From NCBI GenBank assembly GCA_036522275.1, contig DATDGC010000057.1:7561-71560 (forward strand): a stretch of DNA of 64,000 nucleotides. Direction: 5' to 3'. This document shows positions 54,562-64,000 of the stretch, one piece after another (positions within the stretch are counted from its first letter, which is position 1; the number at the start of each line of letters is the position of its first letter). A program made the translations under genes and the position numbers. The DNA is from Burkholderiales bacterium (lineage in GTDB: Bacteria; Pseudomonadota; Gammaproteobacteria; Burkholderiales; JAHFRG01). Under the pieces are notes generated by a model. It was not told the origin of the DNA and made no database searches. It saw nothing but the letters and a program-made list of their open reading frames with translations.

Positions 54562-55170
54562 TTAAACGGGCTTGGGCAATTGGCGCACGAATTGCTCGAT
54601 GCCACGCAACAACATTTCCACCGCGATCGCGGTCAGGATCAAACCCATCAAGCGCTGAAAAGCCTGAACGACGCGCTCGCCGACGAACCGGCTGATGCGC
54701 TCGGCGAAAACGAGCACCGAGGTTGAAATGCCGAGTGCGAGGCTGAGCGCGGTTATCCAATCAGCGATGCGCTCGGGTTCTCTGGAAACCAGCAGCAATA
54801 CCGTCGCGAGCGCCGAAGGGCCGGCAATCGAGGGAATAGCGAGCGGAACGATGAATGGCTCCCGGTCCATCTTGTCGCCGAAAATTCCGCCGGGATGACG
54901 GAATATCATGCGCAGCGCGATCAAAAACAAAACCACGCCACCGGCGATACCGAGCGAGCTTTGCGAAAGATTCAGCACGCGCATGAAAGGTGCGCCGACG
55001 AACATGAAGGCGAGCAGGACTACATAAGCGATGGCGCATTCCCTGAGAACGATGCCGAACCTGCGCGAGCCTTCGGTATTGGCCAGCGCTGCAACAAACA
55101 CCGGTATATTGCCGAACGGATCAACCACCAGCAGTAACAGAATGGTGGCTGAGACGAAGGAAATATCCAT
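54562..55170 (-). CDS. MarC family (UPF0056) integral membrane protein
   Basis: 202 aa. Six TM helices. VVDPFGNIPVF N-terminal motif. Confidence 0.75.
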   Translation of the reverse strand: MDISFVSATILLLLVVDPFGNIPVFVAALANTEGSRRFGIVLRECAIAYVVLLAFMFVGAPFMRVLNLSQSSLGIAGGVVLFLIALRMIFRHPGGIFGDKMDREPFIVPLAIPSIAGPSALATVLLLVSREPERIADWITALSLALGISTSVLVFAERISRFVGERVVQAFQRLMGLILTAIAVEMLLRGIEQFVRQLPKPV

Positions 55171-55185
55171 GGAACGGTTATGGCC

Positions 55186-57603
55186 TTACTTGCGGGTTTC
55201 CACCTGCTCCAGCTGCTCACCTTCGCTCGAAGGCTGGGCGGGTCTGATGCGCGGCGGCCTTGGCGGCGATTCGGGAGCTTCTGTTTCACCCGTTGTTACT
55301 TTGGTTTTTTTCGGGCTGGTTTCGATTTGCATCAGATCGCCCGCTTCGTTGGCCCGGTACAGCTCGGCGAGAATTTTTGCCGGCGTTGCAGCTTCATTGA
55401 CCACAACGCTATCCTGTGCCCTGTGAACAGGCGTGGACTCGGCATGAACCTCAACAGCAGGGATCACCTCGCTTGCGGGCTTCGTCTCGTTGAATTGCTG
55501 CTGAGGCGATTCCCTGAGTTGCATCTGCGACGTTTCTGTCACAGCTGTTGCCGGCGCAGTTATTACAGGTTTAGGTGCCTGCTGTACTGGCGTGGCGTGG
55601 CTTTCTTTGCGCTCACCGCGGTCGCGCTTGCCGCCCCGTCTGCCGCGCTTGCCCCTGTGTTCACCCATCTCATGCGGAGAATCGGGTCTCTCTGTTTTGA
55701 CCACCGCGAGTTCCGGTTTGGGCTCGGGCCGTTGCTGTCGCGGTCTTTGACCCGGCTGGTTTTCGGCACGGTTATTTGCGCGTTGTTGGTCCGGCTTGGA
55801 TCCTCTTGTCGCGGGTTCGCTACCAGCACGGCTTCTTTGCATGGCACGCTGTTCGAAGCGATCGCGCCGCCTGCCGCGCATGGGTTGCCGCGTTTGGGGG
55901 TGTGCTATTTCTTTCGCCTTTTCCTCGCGTTTGAACCAGCCGAGGATTTTTGTAATCAGCGTAGGCTTTGCTGGCCGCACCACGGGGGCAGGCTGTCCGA
56001 GGGTGATCCCTTGTACCGCTGCTTGCTGGCGCACCGGTTTGGTTTCTTGTCCTGGCTTGGCTGCTTCGGCTTCTGCCACAGACGTTTCCACCATTTTATA
56101 GCTCGCTGCCGATTCGGCCTGTGTGACTTCATCGTGGCGCAAGCGGGATATATTGTAATTTGGTGTCTCCAGATGGATGTTCGGGATCAGCACCACGTTG
56201 ACCCGAGAACGCGATTCTATGGTGTGGATTTCCGCGCGCTTTTCGTTGAGCAGGAAAGTCGCAACATCGACCGGCACCTGGGCGTAAATTACCGCAGTGT
56301 TTTCCTTCATTGCTTCTTCTTGAAGGATTCTCAGGATATGCAGCGCGGTTGACTCAGTGCCGCGGATATGGCCGGTGCCGTGGCAACGCGGGCAGGGCAT
56401 ATGGCTGGTTTCACCCAATGACGGCTGCAGGCGCTGGCGCGAGAGTTCCAAGAGACCAAAACGCGAAATCTTGCCCATCTGCACCCGCGCACGGTCATAG
56501 CGCAGCGCTTCACGCAGACGGTTTTCCACTTCGCGCTGATTGCGCTGGATTTCCATGTCAATGAAATCAATCACGATGAGGCCGCCCAAGTCGCGCAGGC
56601 GCAGTTGGCGCGCGATTTCGTCCGCCGCTTCGATATTGGTGTGCAGCGCCGTTTGTTCGATATCCGTTCCGCGCGTGGCGCGCGCCGAGTTCACGTCTAT
56701 TGAAACCATTGCCTCGGTGTGGTCTATGACGATGGCGCCGCCGGATGGCAGGAGAACCTGGCGTGCAAACGCGGTCTCGATCTGATGCTCGATCTGAAAG
56801 CGTGAGAACAGCGGCACATCGTCTTTGTAAAGCTTGATGCGGTTAACATTGTTCGGCATCACATGGCTCATGAACTGCATGGCCTGATCGTAGATGCTTT
56901 CAGTGTCAATCAAAATTTCGCTGATCTCGGGATGGAAATAATCGCGAATGGCGCGTACCACCAGACTGCTTTCCAGGTAAATCAGAGAAGGGGCTTTTTC
57001 CTTTTTGGCGGCGTTTTCTATCGCATCCCATAACTGCAACAGGTAATTTAAATCCCATTGCACTTCTTCGAGACTTCTGTCAATGCCCGCGGTGCGGCCG
57101 ATGATGCTCATGCCCTGGGGCACATTGAGTTGCGCCATGATGTCGCGCAATTCATTACGCTCTTCGCCCTCGACACGCCGTGATACTCCGCCGCCGCGAG
57201 GATTATTGGGCATCAGCACCAGATAGCGGCCTGCAAGACTGATGAAGGTGGTGAGAGCGGCGCCTTTGCTGCCGCGTTCATCCTTGTCTACCTGAATGAT
57301 CAGTTCCTGCCCTTCGCGCAGCACGTCCTGGATGCGCGCGCGCGCCGGGTCGGTGTTTTCTCCAGACTGAAAATAGGAGCGGGCGACTTCCTTAAAGGGG
57401 AGGAACCCGTGCCGTTCGCCGCCGTAGTCAACAAAGGCGGCTTCCAAGCTGGGTTCGATGCGGGTGATGGCACCCTTGTAGATGTTGCTTTTGCGTTGCT
57501 CTTTGCCTGCGGATTCTATGTCGATGTCAATGAGCTGTTGACCATCGACTATCGCGACGCGCAACTCCTCGGATTGCGTCGCGTTAAACAACATGCGTTT
57601 CAT
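55186..57603 (-). CDS. rne: ribonuclease E
   Basis: MKRMLFNATQSEELRVAIVDG N-terminus. S1 and catalytic domains, CPRCHGTG zinc link, long Arg/Pro/Glu-rich C-terminal scaffold. Confidence 0.95.
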   Translation of the reverse strand: MKRMLFNATQSEELRVAIVDGQQLIDIDIESAGKEQRKSNIYKGAITRIEPSLEAAFVDYGGERHGFLPFKEVARSYFQSGENTDPARARIQDVLREGQELIIQVDKDERGSKGAALTTFISLAGRYLVLMPNNPRGGGVSRRVEGEERNELRDIMAQLNVPQGMSIIGRTAGIDRSLEEVQWDLNYLLQLWDAIENAAKKEKAPSLIYLESSLVVRAIRDYFHPEISEILIDTESIYDQAMQFMSHVMPNNVNRIKLYKDDVPLFSRFQIEHQIETAFARQVLLPSGGAIVIDHTEAMVSIDVNSARATRGTDIEQTALHTNIEAADEIARQLRLRDLGGLIVIDFIDMEIQRNQREVENRLREALRYDRARVQMGKISRFGLLELSRQRLQPSLGETSHMPCPRCHGTGHIRGTESTALHILRILQEEAMKENTAVIYAQVPVDVATFLLNEKRAEIHTIESRSRVNVVLIPNIHLETPNYNISRLRHDEVTQAESAASYKMVETSVAEAEAAKPGQETKPVRQQAAVQGITLGQPAPVVRPAKPTLITKILGWFKREEKAKEIAHPQTRQPMRGRRRDRFEQRAMQRSRAGSEPATRGSKPDQQRANNRAENQPGQRPRQQRPEPKPELAVVKTERPDSPHEMGEHRGKRGRRGGKRDRGERKESHATPVQQAPKPVITAPATAVTETSQMQLRESPQQQFNETKPASEVIPAVEVHAESTPVHRAQDSVVVNEAATPAKILAELYRANEAGDLMQIETSPKKTKVTTGETEAPESPPRPPRIRPAQPSSEGEQLEQVETRK

Positions 57604-57952
57604 TTTATGCTCTCCCGCACTCTGCACGGGCAGGGCAAACCCTTACGCGTCTATAATGGCGTTATGTATCGAGTATTCGTCATGTGCTCGTCATAATTTC
57701 GGATCGGCTGAAACGGACGGACAATTCACTCAACGGGTTTGTCAGTAAAATCCTGTTTATCTAAAAGGTCAGGACTTGAAAATCTGCTCGGAGCGCGTAT
57801 CTCAGTTGCTCTCGCTACTTTAATGTGGTGAGCGGGGTTAACCAGTTGTCAGGTTTTGTCTTATGTGTTCAAGCACTTGATGCTGAACATGGGACCGGAT
57901 GACGGTTTCCGCACCGGCCTTAGGAAAACCATGAGTTTCAAGTATAAGCAAA
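57604..57952 (-). promoter_or_regulatory. long rne upstream region (promoter plus 5' UTR), shared with divergent rluC
   Basis: 349-bp non-coding gap. rne genes are known to carry long autoregulatory leaders. No specific structure was verified here. Confidence 0.3.
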
Positions 57953-58915
57953 ATGCGTGATTTAAGCAAAGCATCTGTTTCCTGGAGGCGCGTTGGCGAG
58001 GACAGCGAAAACCAACGCATAGACAATTACTTGGCGAAGGTTTTAAAAGGAGTTCCTAAAAGCCACATTTACCGCATACTGCGCAGCGGCGAAGTGCGGG
58101 TAAACAGCAAGCGCGTTGGGCCGACTTACCGCTTGCAGGTCGGCGATAAACTGCGCATTCCTCCTGTGCGTACCGCCAAACCAACACCACAAGATACCGC
58201 ACCGCGCTCGAACCTGCTGCCGGAGGTATTATTCGAAGATGATAGCCTGCTCGCCATCAACAAACCTAGTGGCATTGCAGTGCACGGAGGAAGCGGGGTC
58301 AGCAGCGGAATTGTCGAGCTATTACGCATGCGCGAGCCTAAACCGAGATTTCTGGAGTTGGTACATCGCTTGGACCGCGATACTTCTGGCATCCTGCTGC
58401 TCGCAAAAAAACGCAGCGCACTCACCATGCTCCATCAAATGCTCCGCGTGGGAGAAATTGAAAAGCGCTACCTGGTACTGGTCAAGGGTAGTTGGCTCAA
58501 TCAAAAGCAGAGTGTCAGGCTTCCCTTGCATAAATATGTGACGGCATCCGGCGAGCGGCGCGTTGCTGTGAAAACAGGCGGGCAGGTCGCGCATACGCTA
58601 TTTTTTCTGCGCCAAAACTGGCAGGAGTTCAGCTTGCTTGAAGCGGAACTTAAAACCGGACGTACCCATCAGATCCGCGCGCATCTTGCGCATCTGGGCT
58701 TTCCCATTCTAGGTGACGTCAAGTATGGCGATTTTGCATTGAATCGCGAACTGGCGAAGCGGGGCCTCAAGCGCATGTTCCTGCATGCCTGCAAGCTGGT
58801 GGTCAAACATCCGGCGCGCGGCGCAGTTTTGCAGCTGGAAGCGCCCCTGCCCGAAGACTTACAGCGGTTCATCGACAACCTGGAGGAGCGTCGTGCTGAG
58901 CCAAGCAAAGGCTGA
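57953..58915 (+). CDS. rluC: 23S rRNA pseudouridine synthase RluC
   Basis: S4 domain (QRIDNYL) plus the RluA-family motif HRLDRDTSG. Divergent from rne, as in many proteobacteria. Confidence 0.85.
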   Translation: MRDLSKASVSWRRVGEDSENQRIDNYLAKVLKGVPKSHIYRILRSGEVRVNSKRVGPTYRLQVGDKLRIPPVRTAKPTPQDTAPRSNLLPEVLFEDDSLLAINKPSGIAVHGGSGVSSGIVELLRMREPKPRFLELVHRLDRDTSGILLLAKKRSALTMLHQMLRVGEIEKRYLVLVKGSWLNQKQSVRLPLHKYVTASGERRVAVKTGGQVAHTLFFLRQNWQEFSLLEAELKTGRTHQIRAHLAHLGFPILGDVKYGDFALNRELAKRGLKRMFLHACKLVVKHPARGAVLQLEAPLPEDLQRFIDNLEERRAEPSKG

Positions 58916-59582
58916 AACAGCCTCGAAGCCAAAGCGTTTTGAACTCCTGGTATTCGACTGGGATGGAACGTTGACGGATTCGGCGGACCTTATCGTGGCT
59001 TCGATGCAGGTTGCGTGTATCGATATTGGTTTGCCGGTTCCCGATGCCGATCAGGTGCGGCATATCATCGGCCTGGGATTCAAGGAAGCGCTCGAGCATT
59101 TGCTGCCGATGCTTCCCGTGAGCGAATATCCGCGGTTCGTGGAGCGTTACCGCTATCATTTTCTTTCCAGGGATGCACCAATACCGGTGTTTCCAGGAAC
59201 CATTGAAACCATCCAACAATTACACAATACGGGTTTTTTGCTCGCGGTGGCGACCGGCAAAAGCCGCAAGGGGCTCAACCGGGATTTTCAGGAGACCGGC
59301 CTGAGGCAGTATTTCCACGCTTCGCGCTGTGCCGATGAGTGTTTCTCCAAACCGCATCCCGGCATGCTGCTCGAGCTGATTGAGGAATTGCATGTTGCAG
59401 CGGACAAGACGTTGATGATCGGCGACACCATTCACGATTTGCAGATGGCACAAAGTGCCGGGGTGGCTTCGCTTGCAGTCAGTTACGGCGCCCACTCCAA
59501 GGAAAAACTGCTTGCACTTTCCCCGCTTGACTGTGTAAACGATACCCAGGAATTGCAACAATGGCTCAAATCACACGCATGA
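58893..59582 (+). CDS. HAD-IA family hydrolase (phosphoglycolate phosphatase-like)
   Basis: DWDGTL motif I and GDTIHD motif. GTG start at 58893 inside ORF 58785..59582. Overlaps the rluC end. Confidence 0.75.
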   Translation: MLSQAKAETASKPKRFELLVFDWDGTLTDSADLIVASMQVACIDIGLPVPDADQVRHIIGLGFKEALEHLLPMLPVSEYPRFVERYRYHFLSRDAPIPVFPGTIETIQQLHNTGFLLAVATGKSRKGLNRDFQETGLRQYFHASRCADECFSKPHPGMLLELIEELHVAADKTLMIGDTIHDLQMAQSAGVASLAVSYGAHSKEKLLALSPLDCVNDTQELQQWLKSHA

Positions 59583-59676
59583 TTTGCGATAGCCGGAACG
59601 GGGGGGTGAATTTTTCAATGATTCCGGGTTATACTTGATATGTTTTACCATCGTGATTATCAACAAGGGTTAAGGT

Positions 59677-60624
59677 ATGCCGGAAAACAACAGCTCTAGT
59701 AGCGACTGGGAGCGTCAAGTTCTAGAAAAGCTCGCGCTTTCTGCACTGCAAGAGCAGCGCAGGGCACGCCATTGGAGTATTTTTTTCAAGCTACTGTTGT
59801 TTATCTGGCTGTTCGGCTTGCTGTTTCTCACCGTAGGCTGGATAGGCAAAAAAGAAGTGCCGCTTTCCGGCAAGCACACCGCTCTGATTGAACTCAATGG
59901 CATTATTGCCCCTGGCACTGAAGGCAGCGCCGAGAACATTAATTCCGGGCTGCAGCAGGCTTTTAAAGACAAGAACACGCAAGGCGTGATTCTGCGCATT
60001 AACAGCCCGGGCGGCAGTCCGGTGCAGGCGGGTAGCATCAACGATGAAATCCGCAGGCTGCGAGCAAAGTATCCAAATATTCCTCTTTATGCGGTAGTGG
60101 AAGACATTTGTGCATCGGGCGGCTATTACGTCGCGGTGGCTGCCGACAAGATTTTTGTGGACAAGGCAAGTATTATCGGCTCGATCGGCGTGCTGATGGA
60201 CGGTTTCGGGTTTACCGGGACCATGGAAAAACTTGGGGTTGAGCGTCGGTTATTTACCGCAGGGGATAACAAGGGTTTCCTCGATCCGTTCTCGCCGTTG
60301 AATCCTGAACAGAAAAATTATGCGCAAAAAATGCTTAACGAAATTCACCAGCAGTTTATAAAAGTAGTGCGCCAGGGCAGGGGTAAGCGCCTTAAAGAAA
60401 CCCCGGACATGTTCAGCGGGCTGGTATGGACCGGGCAAAAGAGCATTGAGCTTGGCTTGGCGGATGCCATGGGCAGCGTCGATTATGTTGCACGCGAAGT
60501 TATCAAGGCAGAAGAGGTGGTGGATTTTACACCGCATGAGAGCCTGGTCGAACGCTTTACACGGCGCTTTGGCGGCGCCATGGCCAAGGCGCTGCTCGAC
60601 AGCCCGCGCTGGGCTTTGCACTAG
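59677..60624 (+). CDS. sppA: signal peptide peptidase SppA, 36K type (S49)
   Basis: N-terminal TM helix. INSPGGS and ASGGYY motifs. Confidence 0.85.
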   Translation: MPENNSSSSDWERQVLEKLALSALQEQRRARHWSIFFKLLLFIWLFGLLFLTVGWIGKKEVPLSGKHTALIELNGIIAPGTEGSAENINSGLQQAFKDKNTQGVILRINSPGGSPVQAGSINDEIRRLRAKYPNIPLYAVVEDICASGGYYVAVAADKIFVDKASIIGSIGVLMDGFGFTGTMEKLGVERRLFTAGDNKGFLDPFSPLNPEQKNYAQKMLNEIHQQFIKVVRQGRGKRLKETPDMFSGLVWTGQKSIELGLADAMGSVDYVAREVIKAEEVVDFTPHESLVERFTRRFGGAMAKALLDSPRWALH

Positions 60625-61331
60625 CCGACGTAAAGCAGAAACACTGTCGGCCGTCTATTGATTTCCGGTAGTCTGCTTTTCCACTCGCTGATGCGTTTGG
60701 TGGTGATGCTCTCGCTCGCGAGAGTGATATCGGTGGCCAGACACAACAGGGTGGACTCGCGGCAGGTTTCAAGCAGGCTTTGCAGCAGCTTGCGGTTGCG
60801 GTAAGGCGCCTCTATGAAAATTTCCGTCTGTTCCAGCGCTTTCGAAGTCTTTTCCAGTTCCGCAATCTTTTTTATTCTTTCCTCGCCGCTAACCGGCAGA
60901 TAGCCGTGAAAGGCAAAGCGCTGCCCGTTCAGTCCTGAAGCCATCAGCGCGAGCAGGATGGCAGAAGGGCCGACCAACGGCACCACCCTGATGCTGTTTG
61001 TGTGAGCCAGATTGACCAAAGCGGCGCCGGGGTCGGCTACTGCGGGGCAACCGGCCTCTGACATCAAGCCTACGTTTTTCCCTGAAAGCAGCGGCTTGAG
61101 TAGATCTGTAAGTTCCTCAGGCCGGGTATGCTCGTCGAGAACCAGGAGCTTAATCTGCTGAAGCGGCGTGGAAAGTTCAAAACTTGCCAGATATTGTCTT
61201 GCAGTTTTGGCATTTTCTACGATAAAAGTGTCGAGGGTGGCGACAATACGGCTGACTCCCTCCGGCACCGCTACGGAAATATAACCGTGGCCGAGCGGAG
61301 CAGGGACGAGGTACAAAATGCCAGGTTGCAT
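60621..61331 (-). CDS. SAM-dependent methyltransferase, tetrapyrrole-methylase fold (RsmI/YraL-like)
   Basis: 236 aa. ILYLVPAPLG, SEAGCPAVADPG and PLVGPSAILLALMASGL motifs. Confidence 0.7.
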   Translation of the reverse strand: MQPGILYLVPAPLGHGYISVAVPEGVSRIVATLDTFIVENAKTARQYLASFELSTPLQQIKLLVLDEHTRPEELTDLLKPLLSGKNVGLMSEAGCPAVADPGAALVNLAHTNSIRVVPLVGPSAILLALMASGLNGQRFAFHGYLPVSGEERIKKIAELEKTSKALEQTEIFIEAPYRNRKLLQSLLETCRESTLLCLATDITLASESITTKRISEWKSRLPEINRRPTVFLLYVG

Positions 61332-61335
61332 GGGC

Positions 61336-61944
61336 CTAGATGACTTCCAGCCCTTCGTTTTTCAGCATGTCCACCAATGCGATAAGCGGCAGTCCAATTA
61401 GTGCCCAGGGGTCGTCGCCTTGCATGGTTTCAATCAGCGCGATCCCCAAGCCTTCTGTTTTGGCGCTTCCAGCGCAGTGGTAGGGCTGCTCTTTGGCGAG
61501 ATAGTTGGCAATTTGCGCATCGCTTATACGGCGGAAGCGCACGCGGTAAGGGATTACCTGGATTTGGGTGTTGCCGGTTGGGGCGTTGAGCAGGCACACC
61601 GCAGTGTAAAACATCGCGGTCTTGCCGCGCATCAATTGCAATTGTTTAAATGCGTCTTCATGGGTATGAGGTTTGCCAAGCTGCACGCCATCCAGCGCCG
61701 CAACCTGGTCGCAGCCGATAATCAGCGCTTGCGGCCACTGACTGGCCACTGCGGCCGCTTTAGCCTTAGCGAGGCGCGATGCGGTCTGCTCGGGCAATTC
61801 GCCGGGCAAAGGCGTTTCATCCACATTCGGTGCAACGGTGGAAAAGGGGATGTGCAGGCGCCCAAGCAACTCGCGGCGGTAAGCGGAAGTCGAAGCCAGA
61901 ACCAGCTGCGGAAAGGTCAAATTATTCTCGTATGCTTTTGACAC
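61336..61944 (-). CDS. maf: Maf-like nucleoside triphosphate pyrophosphatase
   Basis: [15 protein letters not shown]-terminus and GKPHTHEDA motif. 202 aa. GTG start. Confidence 0.85.
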   Translation of the reverse strand: MSKAYENNLTFPQLVLASTSAYRRELLGRLHIPFSTVAPNVDETPLPGELPEQTASRLAKAKAAAVASQWPQALIIGCDQVAALDGVQLGKPHTHEDAFKQLQLMRGKTAMFYTAVCLLNAPTGNTQIQVIPYRVRFRRISDAQIANYLAKEQPYHCAGSAKTEGLGIALIETMQGDDPWALIGLPLIALVDMLKNEGLEVI

Positions 61945-61966
61945 GAAACTGCAAAAATAATATCAT
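61938..61966 (+). promoter_or_regulatory. near-consensus sigma70 promoter of yceD-rpmF-plsX-fabH
   Basis: TTGACA (61938-61943), 17-nt spacer, TATCAT (61961-61966), 9 nt upstream of the yceD ATG region. Confidence 0.55.
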
Positions 61967-61975
61967 GCGCGCCTT

Positions 61976-62476
61976 ATGTCTGAACAGATTATGATAGATA
62001 GCCTTGAATTTACGCTTAGCGCTGAAGTTTTACGTGGTAAAATAGCAACTGAAAACCTGCATCGCCTGCGTGACTATTTGTTTTCCGCTGACGGTGTCAT
62101 CGAATATGAATTGAGCGGAACAGTGGACCCGGAGGGAAAGCTGCTGCTGCGTCTGGCGATCAGAGGCAAGCTTTACCTGAAATGCTAGCGCTGCCTTGGA
62201 GAATTGGCGCATGATGTGGGTCTGGTTTCGGATCTATTGCTGATCGAGGACGAAAAAGAATTCCCCGGAATCACCGAAGAGAACGATGCAGTAGATTGTA
62301 TTTTAGCTGAAACGGAAATGGACATTTTGGCTTTGCTCGAGGAAGAAATCATATTGAAGCTGCCGATTTCCCTCAGGCATGAATCAGGCGCATGTAGTGT
62401 GACTGGGCATGCTGGCGATGAAGTCGCCCGATCGGTTTTTGCGCTACTTGCGGCGCTTAAAATATCTGCAAAGTAA
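61976..62476 (+). pseudogene. yceD: yceD (DUF177, 23S rRNA accumulation protein) interrupted by an in-frame TAG
   Basis: ORFs 61976..62188 and 62204..62476 are in the same frame. The junction reads LKC-TAG-RCLGE, where DUF177 proteins have the conserved CQRCL motif. Confidence 0.7.
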
Positions 62477-62490
62477 ACGAGGAGCTTGTT

Positions 62491-62670
62491 ATGGCAGTAC
62501 AGCAAAACAAAAAATCTGCGTCAAAACGCGGCATGCACCGCGCCCATGATTTTTTGACCAACCCGCCGCTGGCGGTTGAACCGACAACCGGCGAAGTGCA
62601 TTTGCGCCACCACATCAGCCCCAACGGCTATTACCGCGGCAAAAAAGTAGTACCCAGCAAGGGCGAATAA
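62491..62670 (+). CDS. rpmF: 50S ribosomal protein L32
   Basis: 59-aa ORF not in the track. [20 protein letters not shown]... SD GAGGAG upstream. Confidence 0.9.
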   Translation: MAVQQNKKSASKRGMHRAHDFLTNPPLAVEPTTGEVHLRHHISPNGYYRGKKVVPSKGE

Positions 62671-62710
62671 CCCGTTTATTTTCTTTGGCACATCCCTGCC
62701 AACACCCGTA

Positions 62711-63727
62711 ATGGATATCACGGTAGCCATTGACTGCATGGGCGGCGATCACGGTCCTCATGTCACTGTGCCTGCGGCAGTAAAATTCCAGCGGCGATAT
62801 CCTGATGCCCATATTATTCTGGTGGGCCTGCGCGAGCTTGTTGAGCCCGAACTGCACGCGGCCCATCTCGAGATCAGCCCACGATTGCGAATCCATCACG
62901 CCAGCGAAGTAGTGACCATGGATGAAGCGCCGGCGCTGGCGCTGCGCGGCAAGAGGGATTCCTCGATGCGGGTGGCGGTCAATCTGGTAAAGAGCGGTGA
63001 AGCTCAGGCCTGCGTCAGCGCCGGGAACACCGGAGCATTAATGGCAATTTCCCGCTTTGTACTGAAAACTTTGCCTGGCATCGAGCGCCCGGCCATCGCC
63101 TCCATCCTACCTACGCTTCAGGGGCGCACCTGTATGCTCGACCTGGGGGCGAATGTAGAATGTACCCCGCAGCATCTGTTGCAATTCGCCATCATGGGCG
63201 CGACACTGATGGCCTCCGTTGAGCATATCGCAAAGCCCAGCGTGGGGTTGCTCAATATCGGTGAAGAAGACATCAAAGGCAGCGAGGTGGTGAAACAAGC
63301 GGCGGAATTACTGCGCAGCAGCGGCCTCAATTTTTACGGCAACATCGAGGGCGACGATATTTACAAAGGCACGACTGACGTCGTAGTTTGTGACGGTTTC
63401 GTTGGAAACGTGGCCCTCAAAACTTCGGAAGGGCTGGCGCAAATGCTGGACACATTCTTGCGCCACGAATTCAAGCGCAATATATTCACTGGCCTGGCGG
63501 GATTGATTGCGCTTCCGGTGATAAATGCTTTTAAGCGCCGCGTTGATTATCGCCGTTACAACGGCGCCAGCCTGCTGGGTTTACGCGGCATCGTGGTGAA
63601 GAGCCACGGCTCTGCCGACAGTTTTGCGTTTGAATTCGCCATAGAACGCGCGGCAGAAGAGGTGCGTAACGGCGTTTTGCGGCGTATCAGTGAACGCATG
63701 GCGCTGATTCACCAAGGGCTCGCCTGA
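62711..63727 (+). CDS. plsX: phosphate acyltransferase PlsX
   Basis: 338 aa. [13 protein letters not shown]-terminal motif. Confidence 0.95.
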   Translation: MDITVAIDCMGGDHGPHVTVPAAVKFQRRYPDAHIILVGLRELVEPELHAAHLEISPRLRIHHASEVVTMDEAPALALRGKRDSSMRVAVNLVKSGEAQACVSAGNTGALMAISRFVLKTLPGIERPAIASILPTLQGRTCMLDLGANVECTPQHLLQFAIMGATLMASVEHIAKPSVGLLNIGEEDIKGSEVVKQAAELLRSSGLNFYGNIEGDDIYKGTTDVVVCDGFVGNVALKTSEGLAQMLDTFLRHEFKRNIFTGLAGLIALPVINAFKRRVDYRRYNGASLLGLRGIVVKSHGSADSFAFEFAIERAAEEVRNGVLRRISERMALIHQGLA

Positions 63728-64000
63728 TGTATTCACGCATCGCAGGCAGCGGCAGCTACCTGCCGGAAAGAATCCTTACCAACCGCGACCTCGAGGCCAT
63801 GGTGGATACCTCGGACGAGTGGATTTTTACCCGCACCGGCATCCGCCAGAGGCACATTGCTGCGGAGGACGAAAAAGCCAGTGACCTTGCGCTTCATGCC
63901 AGCAACAAAGCCATGCACGCGGCACACGTTGCGCCCGGTGACATTGATTTAATAATCGTCGCCACCACCACTCCGGACATGATTTTCCCCAGCACTGCAT
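63727..64000 (+). CDS. fabH: beta-ketoacyl-ACP synthase III, 5' part (runs off the window)
   Basis: [47 protein letters not shown] overlap with the plsX stop. Confidence 0.9.
   Translation, partial: MYSRIAGSGSYLPERILTNRDLEAMVDTSDEWIFTRTGIRQRHIAAEDEKASDLALHASNKAMHAAHVAPGDIDLIIVATTTPDMIFPSTA

Noticed and set aside
55180-56352. 390-aa ORF on the plus strand
   Set aside because: It is antisense to the rne C-terminal scaffold region. It is Arg/Cys/Phe-rich nonsense-like sequence with no RBS.
41349-62188. Idea that the two in-frame TAG codons reflect amber recoding or reassignment
   Set aside because: TAG is the ordinary stop of several well-conserved genes here: rpsO, uvrB, the L,D-transpeptidase, the FabG-like SDR, the type III PKS and dksA. 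No CUA-anticodon tRNA is in the window. Independent nonsense mutations are simpler.

Overview
This 64-kb chromosomal window is probably from a betaproteobacterium. That call rests only on gene order and on protein motifs I recognise; no database search was possible. Most of the window is conserved housekeeping: glnS, rimP-nusA-infB-rbfA-truB, rpsO-pnp, dksA, a tRNA-Pro/Arg/His operon, smpB, ratA-rnfH, guaBA, tadA, mtnA, ygfZ, pyrG-kdsA-eno-ftsB, an aminotransferase, uvrB, a MarR plus RND efflux operon, rne, rluC, sppA, maf and yceD-rpmF-plsX-fabH. No CRISPR array, rRNA gene, transposase or integrase is visible.

The features worth a second look are:
1. The tRNA-His 3' half plus the smpB 3' end is duplicated (about 200 bp) around a 675-bp insert that has no integrase.
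2. An arm-like module with ACGTAACCA repeats sits in that insert and recurs next to tRNA-Asn.
3. tRNA-Asn and a diverged tRNA-Asn 3' fragment bound a 1.6-kb islet carrying PilZ and DUF4239-like genes. An orphan tRNA-Arg(ACG) 3' fragment lies nearby.
4. A type III PKS, methyltransferase and FAD-oxidoreductase trio (srsABC-like order) follows a secreted cytochrome c and a cupredoxin on the same strand.
5. A 275-bp MITE-like element with perfect 23-bp terminal inverted repeats supplies the stop codon of one gene and the Shine-Dalgarno (SD) sequence of the next.
6. Four genes carry lesions: in-frame TAG codons in yceD and in a DUF4239-like gene, and frameshifts in an SDR gene and a PIN-like gene.
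7. guaA carries an in-frame palindromic insertion.
8. mtnA overlaps a fused class II aldolase/SDR gene, which may be a fused DHAP-shunt enzyme.

All product calls come from motif recognition by eye. Several start codons (many are TTG or GTG) are uncertain.
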